The notes under the pieces: generated by a model
What the model was told of the DNA's origin: nothing
Database searches by the model: none
The model's input: only the letters and a program-made list of their open reading frames with translations
Shown here: positions 50,507 through 60,024 of the stretch, piece by piece
How positions within the stretch are numbered: the stretch's first letter is position 1
Layout of the letters: each line of letters starts with the position of its first letter
From: Escherichia virus KFS-EC3
Sequence record: MZ065353.1
DNA length: 64,000 nucleotides
Direction: 5' to 3' (one strand)
Translations under genes and position numbers: made by a program

Positions 50507-51162
50507 ATTATGAAAAAATTTATAATTCACTAATTGATAGGGCTCGCAATAGAGCCCTTACTGGATATAAAGAAAGACATCATATTATTCCGAAATGTTT
50601 AGGCGGTAGTAATGATGCTTCTAACTTGGTTGATTTAACTCCAGAAGAGCATTATGTTGCACATCAGCTATTAGTAAAAATACACCCAAATTCTTTAAAA
50701 TTATCTTATGCAGCCATAAAAATGACGGTTTCAACTAAATATGTTAGGAGAAATAATAAAGTTTATGGTTGGTTAAAAAGAAAACATGCAAATAATATTT
50801 CAAATACACAAACTGGACGAAAATATTATAATAATGGTAAAAGATGTATAAAATTACATGATGGAGATATAATTCCTGGGGGATTTATTTTAGGAAGAGG
50901 ATGGAGTCCGACACAAGGAACAACTCATTCTAGAAAAAATGACACGTTTAAAAACAAAAAGCTTCAATCTGCTTTAGCTAATAAACGGTGGGAAAAAGAA
51001 AAGAAAATAATGTTAGATAACTTTGGAGTTAACACTATTGATGAAGCAAAGAAAATTGTTCTTGATTTTAAATCAACTTGTCATCCAAGATATTGGCGAA
51101 AGCCAACTTTAGAAAAATTTCCATTTATGACTTCTGCTCGTTTAAGAAGTCTAATAAATTAA
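50503..51162 (+). CDS. free-standing HNH homing endonuclease (219 aa), paralog of the one at 12661..13353, inserted between genes 2 and 3
   Basis: The track start at 50488 is a TTG; the ATG at 50503 overlaps the gene 2 stop (ATGA). HNH core [11 protein letters not shown]...[14 protein letters not shown]. Confidence 0.8.
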   Translation: MNYEKIYNSLIDRARNRALTGYKERHHIIPKCLGGSNDASNLVDLTPEEHYVAHQLLVKIHPNSLKLSYAAIKMTVSTKYVRRNNKVYGWLKRKHANNISNTQTGRKYYNNGKRCIKLHDGDIIPGGFILGRGWSPTQGTTHSRKNDTFKNKKLQSALANKRWEKEKKIMLDNFGVNTIDEAKKIVLDFKSTCHPRYWRKPTLEKFPFMTSARLRSLIN

Positions 51163-51268
51163 TTCTATTATCTTCCATTCTTTTCTATTGTTTGTTCTAA
51201 TTGGAATTGAATGGAAGGGACTTAGACCCATTATACCACCAACATTTATAAAGCATTATGAGGAATAT

Positions 51269-51799
51269 ATGTCGCAAGCACTACAACAAATTTTTAACCA
51301 AGCAAATACAACTAACTTTGTAGTATCAATACCACATAGTAATACTACATCTGCTTTTACTTTAAATGCTCAGTCAGTTCCTATTCCGGGAATTAGGATA
51401 CCTGTTACTGATACCGTGACTGGGCCGTTTGGACTAGGCCGAGCACAGCGTCCAGGAGTTACATTTGAGTATGATCCACTCATCGTGAGATTTATAGTTG
51501 ATGAAGAGCTTAAGTCGTGGATAGGAATGTATGAATGGATGCTAGGAACTAGTAACTATCTTACAGGCGAAAATACTGCCCAAAAAACAGGTCCTGAATA
51601 CATTACGCTTTACATTTTAGATAACAGTAAAACTGAAATCGTGATGTCAATAAATTTTTATAAGCCTTGGGTTTCTGACCTGTCTGAAGTAGAATTTAGC
51701 TACACGGAAGATTCAGACCCGGCTTTAGTATGTACAGCAACGATTCCTTATACGTATTTTCAAGTAGAAAAAGATGGCAAAATTATAGCAGAAGTTTAA
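51269..51799 (+). CDS. 3: gp3 tail tube terminator / tail completion protein
   Basis: 176 aa from the ATG at 51269 (the track ORF is extended upstream to 51188); AGGA ribosome-binding site. Confidence 0.85.
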   Translation: MSQALQQIFNQANTTNFVVSIPHSNTTSAFTLNAQSVPIPGIRIPVTDTVTGPFGLGRAQRPGVTFEYDPLIVRFIVDEELKSWIGMYEWMLGTSNYLTGENTAQKTGPEYITLYILDNSKTEIVMSINFYKPWVSDLSEVEFSYTEDSDPALVCTATIPYTYFQVEKDGKIIAEV

Positions 51800-51848
51800 T
51801 GCTTCAGTTTCATGTGTTATAATCTTAACTAAATTTGAGGAGAAACAT

Positions 51849-52561
51849 ATGAAACTAATCTTTTTAAGTGGTGTAAAGCGTAGTGGAAAAGATACTACTG
51901 CAGATTTTATTATGAATAATTATTCTGCAGTTAAATATCAACTTGCTGGTCCTATTAAAGATGCATTGGCTTATGCATGGGGTGTATTTGCAGCAAACAC
52001 TGACTATCCTTGTTTAACTCGTAAAGAGTTTGAAGGAATTGACTATGATCGTGAAACTAATTTAAATCTGACTAAATTAGAAGTAATTACGATTATGGAA
52101 CAAGCATTTTGCTATCTTAATAGTAAAAGCCCAATTAAAGGTGTGTTTGTTTTTGATGACGCAGTTAATTTCGTAGCATTTAACAAGATTGCTGACGTTA
52201 TAAATAATATTGAAGATCAATGGTCAGTCCGTCGTCTGATGCAAGCCCTAGGTACGGATTTGATTGTTAATAACTTCGACCGCATGTATTGGGTAAAATT
52301 ATTTGCTTTAGATTATCTTGATAAATTTAACTCAGGTTATGATTATTATATCGTTCCTGATACTCGTCAAGATCATGAAATGGATGCGGCTAGGGCGATG
52401 GGTGCTACAGTAATTCATGTAGTTCGTCCTGGTCAAAAATCCAATGATACACATATTACAGAAGCTGGATTGCCAATTCGTGATGGCGATTTAGTAATTA
52501 CAAACGATGGTTCTCTTGAAGAACTTTTTTCTAAAATTAAAAATACACTAAAGGTACTATA

Positions 52562-52562
<1 letters not shown>
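51849..52562 (+). CDS. 1: gp1 deoxynucleoside monophosphate kinase
   Basis: 237 aa; N-terminus MKLIFLSGVKRSGKDT (P-loop) as in T4 gp1. Confidence 0.9.
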
Positions 52563-53259
<697 letters not shown>

Positions 53260-53271
53260 TTTCACAAAGTT

Positions 53272-53301
53272 GTTTACATGCTGATGAGGTAGTGATACTA
53301 T
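53272..53301 (+). promoter_or_regulatory. early promoter module, copy 1 (TTCACAAAGTTGTTTACA...GTAGTGATACTATTA)
   Basis: GTTTAC at 53272-53277; -10-like GATACT/TACTAT at 53294-53301. Confidence 0.6.
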
Positions 53302-53331
53302 TATCTCATCAAAATTAATTAGGAAAATAAA

Positions 53332-53589
53332 ATGAAAACTTTCAAAGAGTTTGCTACAAAAACCACTATCACTGAATCTTCTCACGGTATGGAAGTAAAG
53401 CTTGGAATGGCTTTAGCTGAAGCTGAGCGTCTTTTCTCTCGTATTAAAGAACTTGCTGCTGCAGTCGATCCTTCATCTTTTAAAGGAGACCAAACTAAAG
53501 TTAAAGCACTTTTAGCGTTATGCTCCGATGCAGGAGAAATTGCTAAAAATGGTTCTAAGATGAAGAAACGATTAGAAGATTTAAAATAA
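53332..53589 (+). CDS. internal-protein-like small protein with capsid targeting sequence (85 aa)
   Basis: N-terminus MKTFKEFATKTTITE|S has the IP-type leader ending in an (L/I)xE protease site; early promoter upstream. Confidence 0.65.
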   Translation: MKTFKEFATKTTITESSHGMEVKLGMALAEAERLFSRIKELAAAVDPSSFKGDQTKVKALLALCSDAGEIAKNGSKMKKRLEDLK

Positions 53590-53601
53590 TTTCACAAAGT
53601 T

Positions 53602-53631
53602 GTTTACACAGGGTTTTAGTAGTGATACTAT
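53602..53631 (+). promoter_or_regulatory. early promoter module, copy 2
   Basis: Same 18-mer TTCACAAAGTTGTTTACA as copy 1; GTTTAC at 53602-53607; GTAGTGATACTATTA at 53619-53633. Confidence 0.6.
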
Positions 53632-53665
53632 TACCCTATCAAAACAAAATCAAATGGAAATCAAA

Positions 53666-53899
53666 ATGAAAACTTTCAAAGAGTTTATCGCTGAATCTTC
53701 TGATGTAAAAGTTGAGTTTATTTACACTGGCAAGAAAGATAAAATGGGTGAAATGCCTTATGGAGTTCTTCGTGATGCATTAGATAATTTCGGTCAACTC
53801 GCCGCAGAAGATTACGGTGATAAAATTGTTGTTACTGGTCCTGCTGCAGTTATTGAAAAATGGGCAGCAGAAAATAAATCAATTTTTCGTAAAAAATAA
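53666..53899 (+). CDS. internal-protein-like small protein with capsid targeting sequence (77 aa)
   Basis: MKTFKEFIAE|S leader (IAE site). The track ORF at 53600 is extended upstream through the promoter. Confidence 0.6.
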   Translation: MKTFKEFIAESSDVKVEFIYTGKKDKMGEMPYGVLRDALDNFGQLAAEDYGDKIVVTGPAAVIEKWAAENKSIFRKK

Positions 53900-53929
53900 G
53901 TTTACTTTTAGATGGGGTAGTGATACTAT
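53900..53929 (+). promoter_or_regulatory. early promoter module, copy 3 (partial upstream half)
   Basis: GTTTAC at 53900-53905; GTAGTGATACTATTATCTCATCAA repeated as in copy 1. Confidence 0.55.
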
Positions 53930-53957
53930 TATCTCATCAACTACTGAGGAGAATAAA

Positions 53958-54143
53958 ATGAAACGTTGTGAATTAATTCGAAATGTTGCTATTGCAATTT
54001 CTGCTTCTGCTTTTAGTTTTTCAATGTTTGTTGGATTTATATGCGGATTATTGACTACAGCAGAAAATGTTTTTTCACTTGTAGTAGCATTTTTAATTGG
54101 TTTAATTGCTATCGTTATGGATAAAATTTCTAAAGGTGAATAG
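53958..54143 (+). CDS. small hydrophobic (membrane) protein, 61 aa
   Basis: MKRCELIRNVAIAISASAFSFSMFVGFICGLLTT... has two hydrophobic segments; ribosome-binding site GAGGAG upstream. Confidence 0.5.
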   Translation: MKRCELIRNVAIAISASAFSFSMFVGFICGLLTTAENVFSLVVAFLIGLIAIVMDKISKGE

Positions 54144-54144
54144 A

Positions 54145-54525
54145 ATGTACAAAGTGTATGCGGATTATCAGGCTAATCCATCTGAAAAGCCAGGTTGTCA
54201 AATTGGATGGGCTCATGATACTTTGCTTGAAGCAGTAGATGCTGCTCAAAAATTGGGATATAAATATGTAGAGATTGTTCAACCGTCAGGAAAAGTTATT
54301 ACTCTTGAAGAGTTCAATAACATTAAACCAAACTTTTTACTTTTTGCAGGTGATAATTATTATCCTCGTGGTGGATATGCTGATTTAATAGCGAAAGCCA
54401 CCACTGAAGATGAACTCCGTGACATTATCAAAGAAAATGAAAACAAACCAGATTATGGTTCTAATCGCTTTGATTGGTGGCAAATTGTAAATGCCAATAC
54501 GCATACTATTGTTGATGAAGGTTGA
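54145..54525 (+). CDS. hypothetical protein (126 aa)
   Basis: ORF with ribosome-binding site GGTGAA; start/stop coupled to neighbours. Confidence 0.5.
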   Translation: MYKVYADYQANPSEKPGCQIGWAHDTLLEAVDAAQKLGYKYVEIVQPSGKVITLEEFNNIKPNFLLFAGDNYYPRGGYADLIAKATTEDELRDIIKENENKPDYGSNRFDWWQIVNANTHTIVDEG

Positions 54526-54818
54526 TAATGATTCTTTATGCGAAAGTATCATCCATTGAAAATGGATATAAATATGATCAAGACGCGGCTAAAGCCTTGA
54601 TTGATGATTATGGCATTTTAACATATTTTGAAGTTGAAAAGGTTTACATTGACCGTTCATCTTCACAAGTTAAATTAGTGAAGGAAGACCGTAAATTTAA
54701 TACAGTAAATTTTGATTTCTTTATCGAAACAGAAAAAGGTCCTCTTGAATATGATATTTTCAAGAATCCTTTGGGTCTTGAATGTATTAAATATACTTAC
54801 ATTAATGCAGCGTGGTGA
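54522..54818 (+). CDS. hypothetical protein (98 aa)
   Basis: ORF overlapping its neighbours by 4 and 7 nt. Confidence 0.5.
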   Translation: MIMILYAKVSSIENGYKYDQDAAKALIDDYGILTYFEVEKVYIDRSSSQVKLVKEDRKFNTVNFDFFIETEKGPLEYDIFKNPLGLECIKYTYINAAW

Positions 54819-55336
54819 AAATGAATATTTGTTTAGGTACTACAATTCCGCAGGGCTACGTAATTGATGTCACTACCTGGGAAAATGATGGTGACAACTA
54901 TAAAACCAAAACATTGTTTGGCGTAGAAGAGCATGAAATCTTACAATTTCAGTATCTTTTAAAGAAGTTTAAAAGCAGATATTCTAGTACTAAAATTGAG
55001 CGCTATTGTGGTAATGGTTTGTTCAGCGAGCAATCTCTTTTTATTTATGAATACTTGGTTGAAGGACTGTTCTCAGATCAGCTTTATCCAGAATTCATTA
55101 AAAAGGTCTTTCGCATAGAAGTTGATCTTGGTAATAAATCTGAAGAAGATGAAGAACGTGTATTTGACTTATTCTTTGTGAATGGTAATAAAGTGCTTGA
55201 AGGACTTATTAATATTTTAGGTAATGCTTCTGAGTATTATGATTATGATTTTTTGCGTGTAGTTGAGAGTGTTAAATACTCTTATATAGAAGAAGAAATT
55301 GTTTTGCCGACCGTTAAAATGTTTAATTTGCTTTAA
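54812..55336 (+). CDS. hypothetical protein (174 aa)
   Basis: ORF immediately upstream of the tRNA cluster. Confidence 0.5.
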   Translation: MVKMNICLGTTIPQGYVIDVTTWENDGDNYKTKTLFGVEEHEILQFQYLLKKFKSRYSSTKIERYCGNGLFSEQSLFIYEYLVEGLFSDQLYPEFIKKVFRIEVDLGNKSEEDEERVFDLFFVNGNKVLEGLINILGNASEYYDYDFLRVVESVKYSYIEEEIVLPTVKMFNLL

Positions 55337-55422
55337 GAATTATTTGTTATTATTAACTCATACCGCACTGATTAATACCCTCTATCATCAAGGGTTCTTG
55401 CTTGAGAGCCTTTGTTAATAAT

Positions 55423-55495
55423 TGGGAATTAGCCAAGTTGGTAAGGCACTGGATTTTGATTCCAGGATGCAAAGGTTCGAGTCCTTTATTCCCAG
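55423..55495 (+). tRNA. tRNA-Gln (anticodon TTG)
   Basis: Manual cloverleaf: acceptor tgggaat/attccca, anticodon loop ttTTGat, T-arm ggttcgagtcc. Confidence 0.8.
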
Positions 55496-55496
55496 C

Positions 55497-55583
55497 GCGA
55501 GAATGGTCAAATTGGTAAAGGCACAGCACTTAAAATGCTGCGGAATGATTTCCTTGTGGGTTCGAGTCCCACTTCTCGTACCA
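55497..55583 (+). tRNA. tRNA-Leu (anticodon TAA), long variable arm, encoded CCA
   Basis: Acceptor gcgagaa/ttctcgt, anticodon loop ctTAAaa, T-arm ggttcgagtcc, 3' ...a-cca. Confidence 0.8.
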
Positions 55584-55589
55584 AAGTTT

Positions 55590-55661
<72 letters not shown>

Positions 55662-55673
55662 AAATTTAATTTA

Positions 55674-55747
55674 CTCCGTGTAGCTCAGTTTGGTAGAGCG
55701 TCTGCTTTGGGAGCAGAATGTCGTAGGTTCAAATCCTGCCGCGGAGA
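55674..55747 (+). tRNA. tRNA-Pro (anticodon TGG)
   Basis: Acceptor ctccgtg/cgcggag, anticodon loop ttTGGga, T-arm aggttcaaatcct. Confidence 0.8.
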
Positions 55748-55749
55748 CT

Positions 55750-55836
55750 GGAGGCGTGGCAGAGTGGTTTAATGCACCGGTCTTGAAAACCGGCAGTCGC
55801 TCCGGCGACTCATAGGTTCAAATCCTATCGCCTCCG
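55750..55836 (+). tRNA. tRNA-Ser (anticodon TGA), long variable arm
   Basis: Acceptor ggaggcg/cgcctcc, anticodon loop ctTGAaa, T-arm aggttcaaatcct. Confidence 0.8.
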
Positions 55837-55843
55837 TAATTTC

Positions 55844-55916
55844 GCTGATTTAGCTCAGTAGGTAGAGCACCTCACTTGTAATGAGGACGTCGGCGGTTCG
55901 ATTCCGTCAATCAGCA
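55844..55916 (+). tRNA. tRNA-Thr (anticodon TGT)
   Basis: Acceptor gctgatt/aatcagc, anticodon loop ctTGTaa, T-arm cggttcgattccg. Confidence 0.8.
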
Positions 55917-55922
55917 TATCAA

Positions 55923-55994
55923 GGCCCTGTAGCTGGAAGGTTCAAGCAAGCGACTCATAATCGCCAGATGGTGGTTCAATTCCACCCAGGGCCA
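55923..55994 (+). tRNA. tRNA with CAT anticodon (Ile by T4 precedent, lysidine-modified; Met by sequence alone)
   Basis: Acceptor ggccctg/cagggcc, anticodon loop ctCATaa, T-arm ggttcaattcc. Confidence 0.75.
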
Positions 55995-56035
55995 TATTTT
56001 GAGAACATAAATACTCTTAGAAATAGGAGATATTT

Positions 56036-56701
56036 ATGTTCCATTACATTTATAAAATAACAAATAAAATTAATAATAAAATCTATATAGGCGCTCATTC
56101 TACCGAAAATTTAGATGATGGATATATGGGTTCTGGCAAATTATTAAAAAGAGCCCAAGACAAGTATGGTATAGAAAATTTCTCTAAAGAAATATTAGAG
56201 TTCTTTGACGATAAAACCTCTATGTTTGAGTCAGAAAAGAATATTGTGACTGAAGAGTTTTTAAAGCGCCCTGATGTTTATAATTTGAAATTAGGTGGTG
56301 AAGGTGGTTGGGACCATTTAAACACTAAAGAATATTTGGATAAAAAGAAAGAAGCTTCCTTAAAAGGAGCTGCCGCTTTTAAAACCAGATTTGAGAACGA
56401 CCCAGACCTTAAAGAAAAATATCGTAAAATGGGTTCAGAAAGGTTTAAACAGCTTTGGGATAATCCTAAGTATAGAGAGAAATTTTTAAATACTAAATCT
56501 TTCTTGGGTAAGACCCATACTCCTGAAACTATTAATAAAATGAAAGAATCTCACGCCAGAAATAAACACCAACAGGGCGAAAAGAATTCCCAATTTGGTA
56601 TGATGTGGATTCATTCATTAGATGAAAAAGTTTCTAAACGTATTAAGAAAACTGACCCAATTCCAGAAGGATGGTTTAAAGGTCGAAAAATGAAATTTTA
56701 A
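56036..56701 (+). CDS. segB: GIY-YIG homing endonuclease SegB-like, embedded in the tRNA cluster
   Basis: 221 aa; N-terminal GIY-YIG-type motif FHYIYKITNKINNKIYIGAHS; located between tRNA-Ile and tRNA-Arg as T4 segB is. Confidence 0.8.
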   Translation: MFHYIYKITNKINNKIYIGAHSTENLDDGYMGSGKLLKRAQDKYGIENFSKEILEFFDDKTSMFESEKNIVTEEFLKRPDVYNLKLGGEGGWDHLNTKEYLDKKKEASLKGAAAFKTRFENDPDLKEKYRKMGSERFKQLWDNPKYREKFLNTKSFLGKTHTPETINKMKESHARNKHQQGEKNSQFGMMWIHSLDEKVSKRIKKTDPIPEGWFKGRKMKF

Positions 56702-56704
56702 TTA

Positions 56705-56781
<77 letters not shown>

Positions 56782-56784
56782 AAC

Positions 56785-57097
56785 AAGAAACCGGGTCGCT
56801 ACCGGTAAGTCGTCGGACTGATGTTCCCTGAGTAAGGAATTGCGTTAATAATCTTTACGTTTATTGATGCCCCCTTATATCACAGCAGAAACGGCGCACC
56901 GAATTATCGATTCGAGGAAATATCTTTGCCGTAAGCCGAGTAGCGTTTTTGACGGAACGTTCGGATACGGTCGAGATATGGCCTTTTAAAAAATATTGAG
57001 TAGCGTCAACTGCTTAATAACCGGGTTCGAATCCCGGCGTTTCGTACAAACACTTGCCTTAGCAGGTGGAACCCCGACAAGGTTGCCGCAAGGCTTA
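56785..57097 (+). ncRNA. small stable RNA region (T4 species 1/2, rnaC/rnaD-like), including a tRNA-like element with a canonical T-arm at about 56953-57045
   Basis: No ORF; ccgGGTTCGAATCCcgg T-arm with a pairing acceptor stem (cggaacg/cgtttcg); ends at a strong terminator; same position as the T4 stable RNAs downstream of tRNA-Arg. Confidence 0.5.
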
Positions 57098-57125
57098 GCC
57101 CCGACCGAAAGGTTGGGGCTTTTTA
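57098..57125 (+). terminator. rho-independent terminator (9-bp stem, GAAA loop, T5)
   Basis: gccccgacc-gaaa-ggttggggc followed by ttttt. Confidence 0.75.
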
Positions 57126-57126
57126 G

Positions 57127-57134
57127 TATAAATA
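57127..57134 (+). promoter_or_regulatory. late promoter TATAAATA upstream of the IP-like gene
   Basis: Exact TATAAATA about 40 nt upstream of the ATG at 57175. Confidence 0.55.
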
Positions 57135-57174
57135 TAGTAGTATATTAAATCCACGAATTAAAACAGGAAATAAG

Positions 57175-57648
57175 ATGAAATCATATGCTCAATTTTTAAA
57201 TGAAGCGGTGTTAAATGAAGCATCTAGCACCGAAATTCAAGCTGTCGCAAAAGCTGCCATTGCCGCGGGTAAATATTCCTATAAAGATGCTTCCGATGAA
57301 TCACGATTCCAATTTGCTCGTGATATGAAAGCCGAAGGATTTACAGGGAATGCAGTTAGTATGGCTTGGAAAAGTTTAGTTGCTACTGGCGCTGCTTTTG
57401 CAAAGGCTTCGGGTAAACCTGCTCCTAAAGCAGATCCTAAAGTCGCACAAGAGAAAAATATTGTTAAAGGAATTATCTCCAAATATGAAGCTATCCTTAA
57501 AGAGCTTTTAGTAATCAAAACTGAAGGCCAAAAACTGGCTCGTGCTTATAGTTTCAAAGATAACCCACATGCTCACTCTCTTGAGTATGTTGAAGACATC
57601 CAAAAAATTATTAAAGACCGCATTTGGTCTGCTAAACAAATCAAATAA
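57175..57648 (+). CDS. internal-protein-like protein with capsid targeting sequence (157 aa)
   Basis: MKSYAQFLNE|AVLNE|A gives two (L/I)xE prohead-protease sites near the N-terminus; flanked by terminators. Confidence 0.6.
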   Translation: MKSYAQFLNEAVLNEASSTEIQAVAKAAIAAGKYSYKDASDESRFQFARDMKAEGFTGNAVSMAWKSLVATGAAFAKASGKPAPKADPKVAQEKNIVKGIISKYEAILKELLVIKTEGQKLARAYSFKDNPHAHSLEYVEDIQKIIKDRIWSAKQIK

Positions 57649-57655
57649 CATTCTT

Positions 57656-57683
57656 AGCCCTAGCCGAAAGGTTGGGGCTTTTT
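57656..57683 (+). terminator. rho-independent terminator, near-duplicate of the one at 57098
   Basis: gccctagcc-gaaa-ggttggggc followed by ttttt. Confidence 0.7.
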
Positions 57684-57805
57684 GGTATCTAGACCTTTCC
57701 AGGCCTCTCTAGACATCATTTAGTTTCTACCCTTTATAATATATTATCCTATCCTTTGATTTCCCCTCCCTGCCCTAGAATTCCCCAAAACTTTTTAAAA
57801 ATTTT

Positions 57806-57846
57806 TTCACAAAACTGTTTACATCCTTGTCCTTCCATGGTACTAT
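57806..57846 (+). promoter_or_regulatory. early promoter, diverged fourth copy of the TTCACAAA..TGTTTACA module
   Basis: ttcacaaaactgtttaca with GTTTAC at 57817-57822; -10 TACTAT at 57841-57846. Confidence 0.55.
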
Positions 57847-57889
57847 ACAACTATCAACTACTGATACAGAAAACAACTTGGAGAATGAA

Positions 57890-58153
57890 ATGGATAATTA
57901 CGGTGAACTGTTCAACTTCTTTATGAAATGTGTTTCAGAAGATTTTGGTCGTACAGTGAATGATATTAAAGTTATCGGTCCTGATCATCCGATGTTTGAA
58001 ACTTACGCAGTAATGGGTAATGAAGATGGTCAGTGGTATACTGTAAAGGTTGTGATTAACATGTTCACAGCAGAAGGTTATGTTAAACTGTCTTCTAAAG
58101 TTTACCACGATAACGACGAAATCGCAGAAGAATATTTCAATAATATGAAATAA
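57890..58153 (+). CDS. hypothetical small protein (87 aa)
   Basis: ATG at 57890 with GGAG ribosome-binding site; the track ORF at 57827 is extended upstream. Confidence 0.5.
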   Translation: MDNYGELFNFFMKCVSEDFGRTVNDIKVIGPDHPMFETYAVMGNEDGQWYTVKVVINMFTAEGYVKLSSKVYHDNDEIAEEYFNNMK

Positions 58154-58182
58154 GTTTACACAGGCTCATGATTGAGATATTA
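58153..58182 (+). promoter_or_regulatory. early promoter (GTTTAC...GATATTAT) with the -10 embedded in an 8-bp inverted repeat
   Basis: GTTTAC at 58153-58158; inverted repeat aggctcat...atgagcct at 58161-58188. Confidence 0.5.
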
Positions 58183-58209
58183 TGAGCCTGTAACTTGAGG
58201 AAAACTGTT

Positions 58210-58740
58210 ATGTCTCTTTATACCGAACTAAATGAAACTTCCGAAAAATCTTTTGATGGTATCTTATCAATAATGCAAAAGCAGGTATTAGAACAACTTA
58301 GTGAAGCCGCAAGCAATGGGCACAAGGCTTGTCGAGTCCAAAGCCCACATCGTCGCATGTATGAACGCCCTCTTATTAATTGGTTAGAAAGCGAAGGTCT
58401 TACGGTTAAGATTTGCCCTGCTAAATTTGATGTCCCACGTATTCTTAATATTTACTGGGATAAACCGGTTGATAAACCGGTTGAGAAAAGTGACCCTTGG
58501 GTTGTTAATGTAAAAACATGTGATAATGGATGCTCACTTGAGGTGTCTGCTGTAATTAAAGGCACTCACGGTGAAAAAACGTGGGGTTGGCCTGGTAAAG
58601 ATAAAGAAATCGTGTTAAGTGTAAAAGCTACTAGTATTAGTACTCCTATAGCTAAAAGCATTATCACTGCCGCTGTTGAAGAAGCTGAACGAATTTGTAA
58701 AATTAAAAATAGTTTACATCTCTTAAGTAGCATGATATAA
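58210..58740 (+). CDS. hypothetical protein (176 aa)
   Basis: ATG at 58210 in frame with the track ORF; no recognisable motifs. Confidence 0.5.
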   Translation: MSLYTELNETSEKSFDGILSIMQKQVLEQLSEAASNGHKACRVQSPHRRMYERPLINWLESEGLTVKICPAKFDVPRILNIYWDKPVDKPVEKSDPWVVNVKTCDNGCSLEVSAVIKGTHGEKTWGWPGKDKEIVLSVKATSISTPIAKSIITAAVEEAERICKIKNSLHLLSSMI

Positions 58741-58741
58741 T
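58712..58741 (+). promoter_or_regulatory. early promoter (GTTTAC, 18-nt spacer, TATAAT) inside the 3' end of the preceding gene
   Basis: GTTTAC at 58712-58717; TATAAT at 58736-58741. Confidence 0.55.
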
Positions 58742-58783
58742 TTTTCTGTAAATTTTAATTTCTAATCAACCTAAGGAAATACT

Positions 58784-59377
58784 ATGAACACACTGAAGAA
58801 AATTGTTGAGTTTATTCGCACTAAACTTGGTTCTGCTATGGCTAAAAATCTATCTGTTGAAGAGCAGTATACTGCTGCGGCAGCAAAACTACTTGATAAA
58901 ATTAAAGACCTAAAAACTGCTTCTATTAAATCTATTAATGAAGAAAAACGTATTCGTGAACTTATTGTCGAAAAGAATAAGCAGGCCGAATCAAAAGAGC
59001 GTGAAATTCGCAAGCTTCTTTCCGAAGGTCAAGATGTAACAATGCATGCTAAACTTGGTTTACTATATCGTCGAACAGCTGAGCAGTTGACTACTAAGGC
59101 TGACGGTTATGCCGAAATGCGAATTGAAATCGCTAAGAAAGTAGTTGAGTTAGATGATGCTCGCCAAGAACTTGCAGTTAAATTGGAATATATCCGTGAA
59201 ACTCGTGCGGCAAATGCCCTTGGAATTAGTACTGCTGATGATGTAGTTGAAATTGCAGCACTGACTAAGGTTGATATTGAAGATACCCTTGCTCGAGTTG
59301 AAACCTTTAACGGTAATATTTCTGGGGTTGAAACCACCTCTGCCGATGTCCAGGAATATATTAATTCTCTGAAATAA
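58784..59377 (+). CDS. hypothetical coiled-coil protein (197 aa)
   Basis: AAGGA ribosome-binding site; heptad-rich, charged sequence; followed by hairpin GGGGC-TTCC-GCCCC at 59383-59398. Confidence 0.55.
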   Translation: MNTLKKIVEFIRTKLGSAMAKNLSVEEQYTAAAAKLLDKIKDLKTASIKSINEEKRIRELIVEKNKQAESKEREIRKLLSEGQDVTMHAKLGLLYRRTAEQLTTKADGYAEMRIEIAKKVVELDDARQELAVKLEYIRETRAANALGISTADDVVEIAALTKVDIEDTLARVETFNGNISGVETTSADVQEYINSLK

Positions 59378-59418
59378 TGATAAGGGGCTTCCGCCCCTAT
59401 TACTTGGAGTAAATAGGA

Positions 59419-60024
59419 ATGAAAATGCAAAGTGATTTCAATTCAATGTTTGAAGAGTTCCAAAGACAGGTTGATGTTCCAGATCAATTACTAAATGCTC
59501 TTAAACGTATGGCAGAAGGACGTAATTACTATTGGGGGTCTTCATACGAAACTGATGAAAGTCTTTCTGGATTTTATAAAGGTAAAAAGTCTTTAATACG
59601 TCCTGGAATACTCATTAAAAGTATTGAATCAATTCATTCATTGACGTGTGATTTTGATGTTGAATTTACTGATTTCATTTCTCCTGAATGGACAGTTTGT
59701 TATTTAAATGACGATTATGATTATCTTGGCGTTTACAGTTTAAGTGACGCATGGTTTAAACGTAATTTACAAAAGTCAAATTTGTTCTATATTGATACTA
59801 CGGTAAAATTTCAGGGAAAGAAATATTTCTTTACTCTTATAGTTGACTCTGAAACGAAGCATGAAAATAAACGTATTCTTAGTAAAAGAAATATCTTGAA
59901 TATTGTTGATGATCTTTTTGATAAATTAGTGGAAAATCCTAATTTTGAAAGTGATTTATTACTAGAAAAATTTGTTAAGGAATGTAGAGAATATGTCAAA
60001 GCCATCACTATACCTTCCAAGTAA
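59419..60024 (+). CDS. hypothetical protein (201 aa), first member of the junction-linked tandem family
   Basis: C-terminal FVKECRE motif; its 3' coding sequence contains the ribosome-binding site and start of the next gene. Confidence 0.5.
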   Translation: MKMQSDFNSMFEEFQRQVDVPDQLLNALKRMAEGRNYYWGSSYETDESLSGFYKGKKSLIRPGILIKSIESIHSLTCDFDVEFTDFISPEWTVCYLNDDYDYLGVYSLSDAWFKRNLQKSNLFYIDTTVKFQGKKYFFTLIVDSETKHENKRILSKRNILNIVDDLFDKLVENPNFESDLLLEKFVKECREYVKAITIPSK

